From NCBI RefSeq assembly GCF_963921235.1, contig NC_086101.1:10418001-10482000 (forward strand): a stretch of DNA of 64,000 bases, read 5' to 3'. A program made the translations under genes and the position numbers. Origin of the DNA: Mobula hypostoma (Eukaryota). Positions 62,001 through 64,000 of the stretch are shown piece after piece. The notes under the pieces were generated by a model that was not told where the DNA came from, made no database searches, and was given only the letters and a program-made list of their open reading frames with translations. How positions within the stretch are numbered: position 1 is the stretch's first letter; every line of letters begins with the position of its first letter.

Positions 62001-64000
62001 CCTCTCTCCAACCCCCTCTCCAAACCTCTCTCTCTCTATCCCCCTCTCTCTCCATCCCCCCTCTATACCCCACTCTCCAAACCCCTCTCTCCAACCTCCT
62101 CTCCAACTCCTCTCTCCAATCCCCTCTAACCCCCACCTCTCCACACCCCTCTCCAAACCCCTCTCCAAACCCCTCTCTCCAATCCCCTCTCCCCTCTCTC
62201 TACCCCTTCTCTCCAACCCCCTCTCCAACCCTCTCTCCAACTCCTCTCTCCAAACCCCTGTCTCCAACCCCCCCTCCAACCCCCGTTCTCCAAACCACTC
62301 TCTTCAACCCCTCTCTCCAACCCCCCCTCTCCAACCCCTCTTCAACCCCTTTCCAACCCCTCTCCAACCCCCTCTCCAAACCCCTCTCTCCAAACCCCCC
62401 TCTCCAAACCCCTCTCTCCAACCCCCTCTCTCCAATCCCCTCTCTCCAATTCCCTCTCTCCAACCCCTTCTCTCGAACCCCACCTCCCTCGAACCCCCCT
62501 CTCTCCAACCCCCTCGCTCCAACCCTCTCTCTGAAATCCCCTCACTCTAACCCCCTCTCTCCAACCCCCCCAATCCCTCCAATCCCTGCTCCAATCCCCT
62601 CTCAAACCTCTCTCTCCAAAGCCCTCTCCAACCCATCTCTCCAAACCCAACCCCCCCTCTCCAAACCCCCTCCAACCCTCCCTCCTCTCCAACCATCCCT
62701 TCTCTCCAACCCCCATCCCCTCTCCAAACCCCTCTCTCCAATCCCCCCTCCAATCCCCTCTCAAACCCCTCTCTCCAACTCTCCCTCTCCAAACCCCATC
62801 TCTCCAACCCCACCTCCTCTCCAATCCCCTCTCAAACCTCTCTCTCCAAAGCCCTCTCCAACCCCTCTCTCCAAACCCCTCTCTCCAACCCCCTCTCTCC
62901 AACCCCCTCTCTCCAACTCTCTCTCTCCAACCCCCCCCTCCAACCCCTTCTCTCCAAACCCCTCTCTCCAACCCCCTCTCTCCAACCACCTCTCTCCAAC
63001 CCCTTCTCTCGAACCCCACCTCCCTCGACCCCCCCTCTCTCCAAACCCCCTTTCCACACCCCTCTCCAACCCCCTCTGCAAACCCCTCTCCAAACCCCTC
63101 TCTCCAAACCCCCCTCTCCAATCCCCTCTCCCCTCTCTCTCTACCCCTTCTCTCCAACCCCCTCTCCAACCCTCTCTCCAACTCCTCTCTCCAAACCCCT
63201 GTCTCCAACCCCCCCTACAACCCCCGTTCTCCAAACCACTCTCTCCAAACCACTCTCTCCAAACCCCCCTCTCGAACCCCCTCTCCAAATCCCTCTCTCC
63301 AACCCCCTCTCTCCAATCCCCTCTCTCCAACCCCTTCTCTCGAACCCCACCTCCCTCGAACCCCCCTCTCTCCAACCCCCTCTCTCCAATCCCCTCACTC
63401 GAACCCCCTCTCTCCAACCCCCTCTCTCCAACCCCCTCTCTCCAACCCCCCCATCCCTCCAATCCCCGCTCCAATCCCCTCTCAAACCTCTCTCTCCAAA
63501 GCCCTCTCCAACCCATCTCTCCAAACCCCTCTCTCCAACCCCCCCTCTCCAAACCCCTCTCTCCAATCCCCCCTCCAATCCCCTCTCAAACCACTCTCTC
63601 CAACTCTCCCTCTGCAAACCCCATCTCTCCAACCCCACCTCCTCTCCAATCCCCTCTCAAACCTCTCTCTCCAAAGCCCTCTCCAACCCCTCTCTCCAAA
63701 CCCCCTCTCCAAACCCCTCTCCTAACCCCTCTCCAAACACCTCTCCAACCCCCCCTCTCCAAACCCCACCTCTCCAATCCCCTCTCTCCAACCCCCTCTC
63801 TCCATCTCCCTCTCTCCATCTCCCTCTCTCCAACCCCCTCTCTCCAACTCCCTCTCTCCAACCCCCCCCTCCAATCCCCTCTCCAAACCCCTCTCTCCAA
63901 TCCCCTCTCAAACCCCTCTCTCCAAACCGCTCTCCAACCACTCTCTCAAATCCCCTCTTCAAACCCTTCTCTCCTACCCTTCTCTCCAACTCCCTCTCTC
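41051..64000. repeat. Satellite domain D: (CCCCTCTCTCCAA[A/C])n 12-14-mer with kb-scale higher-order repeats; runs off the window end
   Basis: About 23 kb of CTCTCCAACCCC variants. Near-identical blocks at 57361-58345 and 59161-60145 (offset 1800); identical spurious ORFs at offsets of 8202-8228. Confidence 0.97.

Noticed and set aside
41063..63989. Numerous overlapping Gly/Glu/Arg/Trp-rich minus-strand ORFs
   Set aside because: Translations of (TTGGAGAGAGGGG)n in all three frames, mostly starting at non-ATG codons; not genes.
40350..64000. Telomere or interstitial telomeric repeat (CTAACCC/CCAACCC similarity)
   Set aside because: No tandem (CCCTAA)n run is present, the unit is 12-14 nt, and a C-rich + strand is the wrong polarity for a chromosome end to the right. 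Distant derivation cannot be excluded.
29202..64000. CRISPR-like array or Ig class-switch region
   Set aside because: No unique spacers or cas genes, and the context is eukaryotic. AGCT/WGCW AID hotspots are rare, and no Ig heavy-chain exons are adjacent (the Ig-type exon is BTN-like).

Overview
Eukaryotic genomic DNA, most likely from a cartilaginous fish such as a ray or shark; this is inferred from the mix of CR1, Rex1, Penelope, L1 and Tc1 repeats and has not been verified. The window has two very different halves. (1) Positions 1-29.2 kb are introns of a plus-strand butyrophilin/B7-like (BTN/BTNL) immune gene. Three phase-1 exons splice in frame: IgC (9228-9506), transmembrane (24322-24441) and a 33-nt heptad-type microexon (28499-28531). 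The introns are almost entirely decayed, deeply nested transposons: CR1, a Nimb/I-clade LINE with RNase H, a solo LTR, Rex1/Babar, an ORF1-only L1 (HAL1-like), Tc1, Chapaev3, an RTE-derived short element, Penelope and a YY1-headed short retroposon, many with readable target-site duplications (TSDs). (2) From 29.2 kb to the end of the window there is a >34.8-kb strand-asymmetric satellite, C-rich on + and G-rich on -. It starts about 670 bp after the last exon, shifts from 20-mer to 19-mer to degenerate to 13/14-mer units, and has kb-scale higher-order repeats. The IgV/leader exons and any B30.2 exon are not in the window. The many ORFs in the satellite are artefacts. Repeat family names come from remembered motifs, not from database searches.
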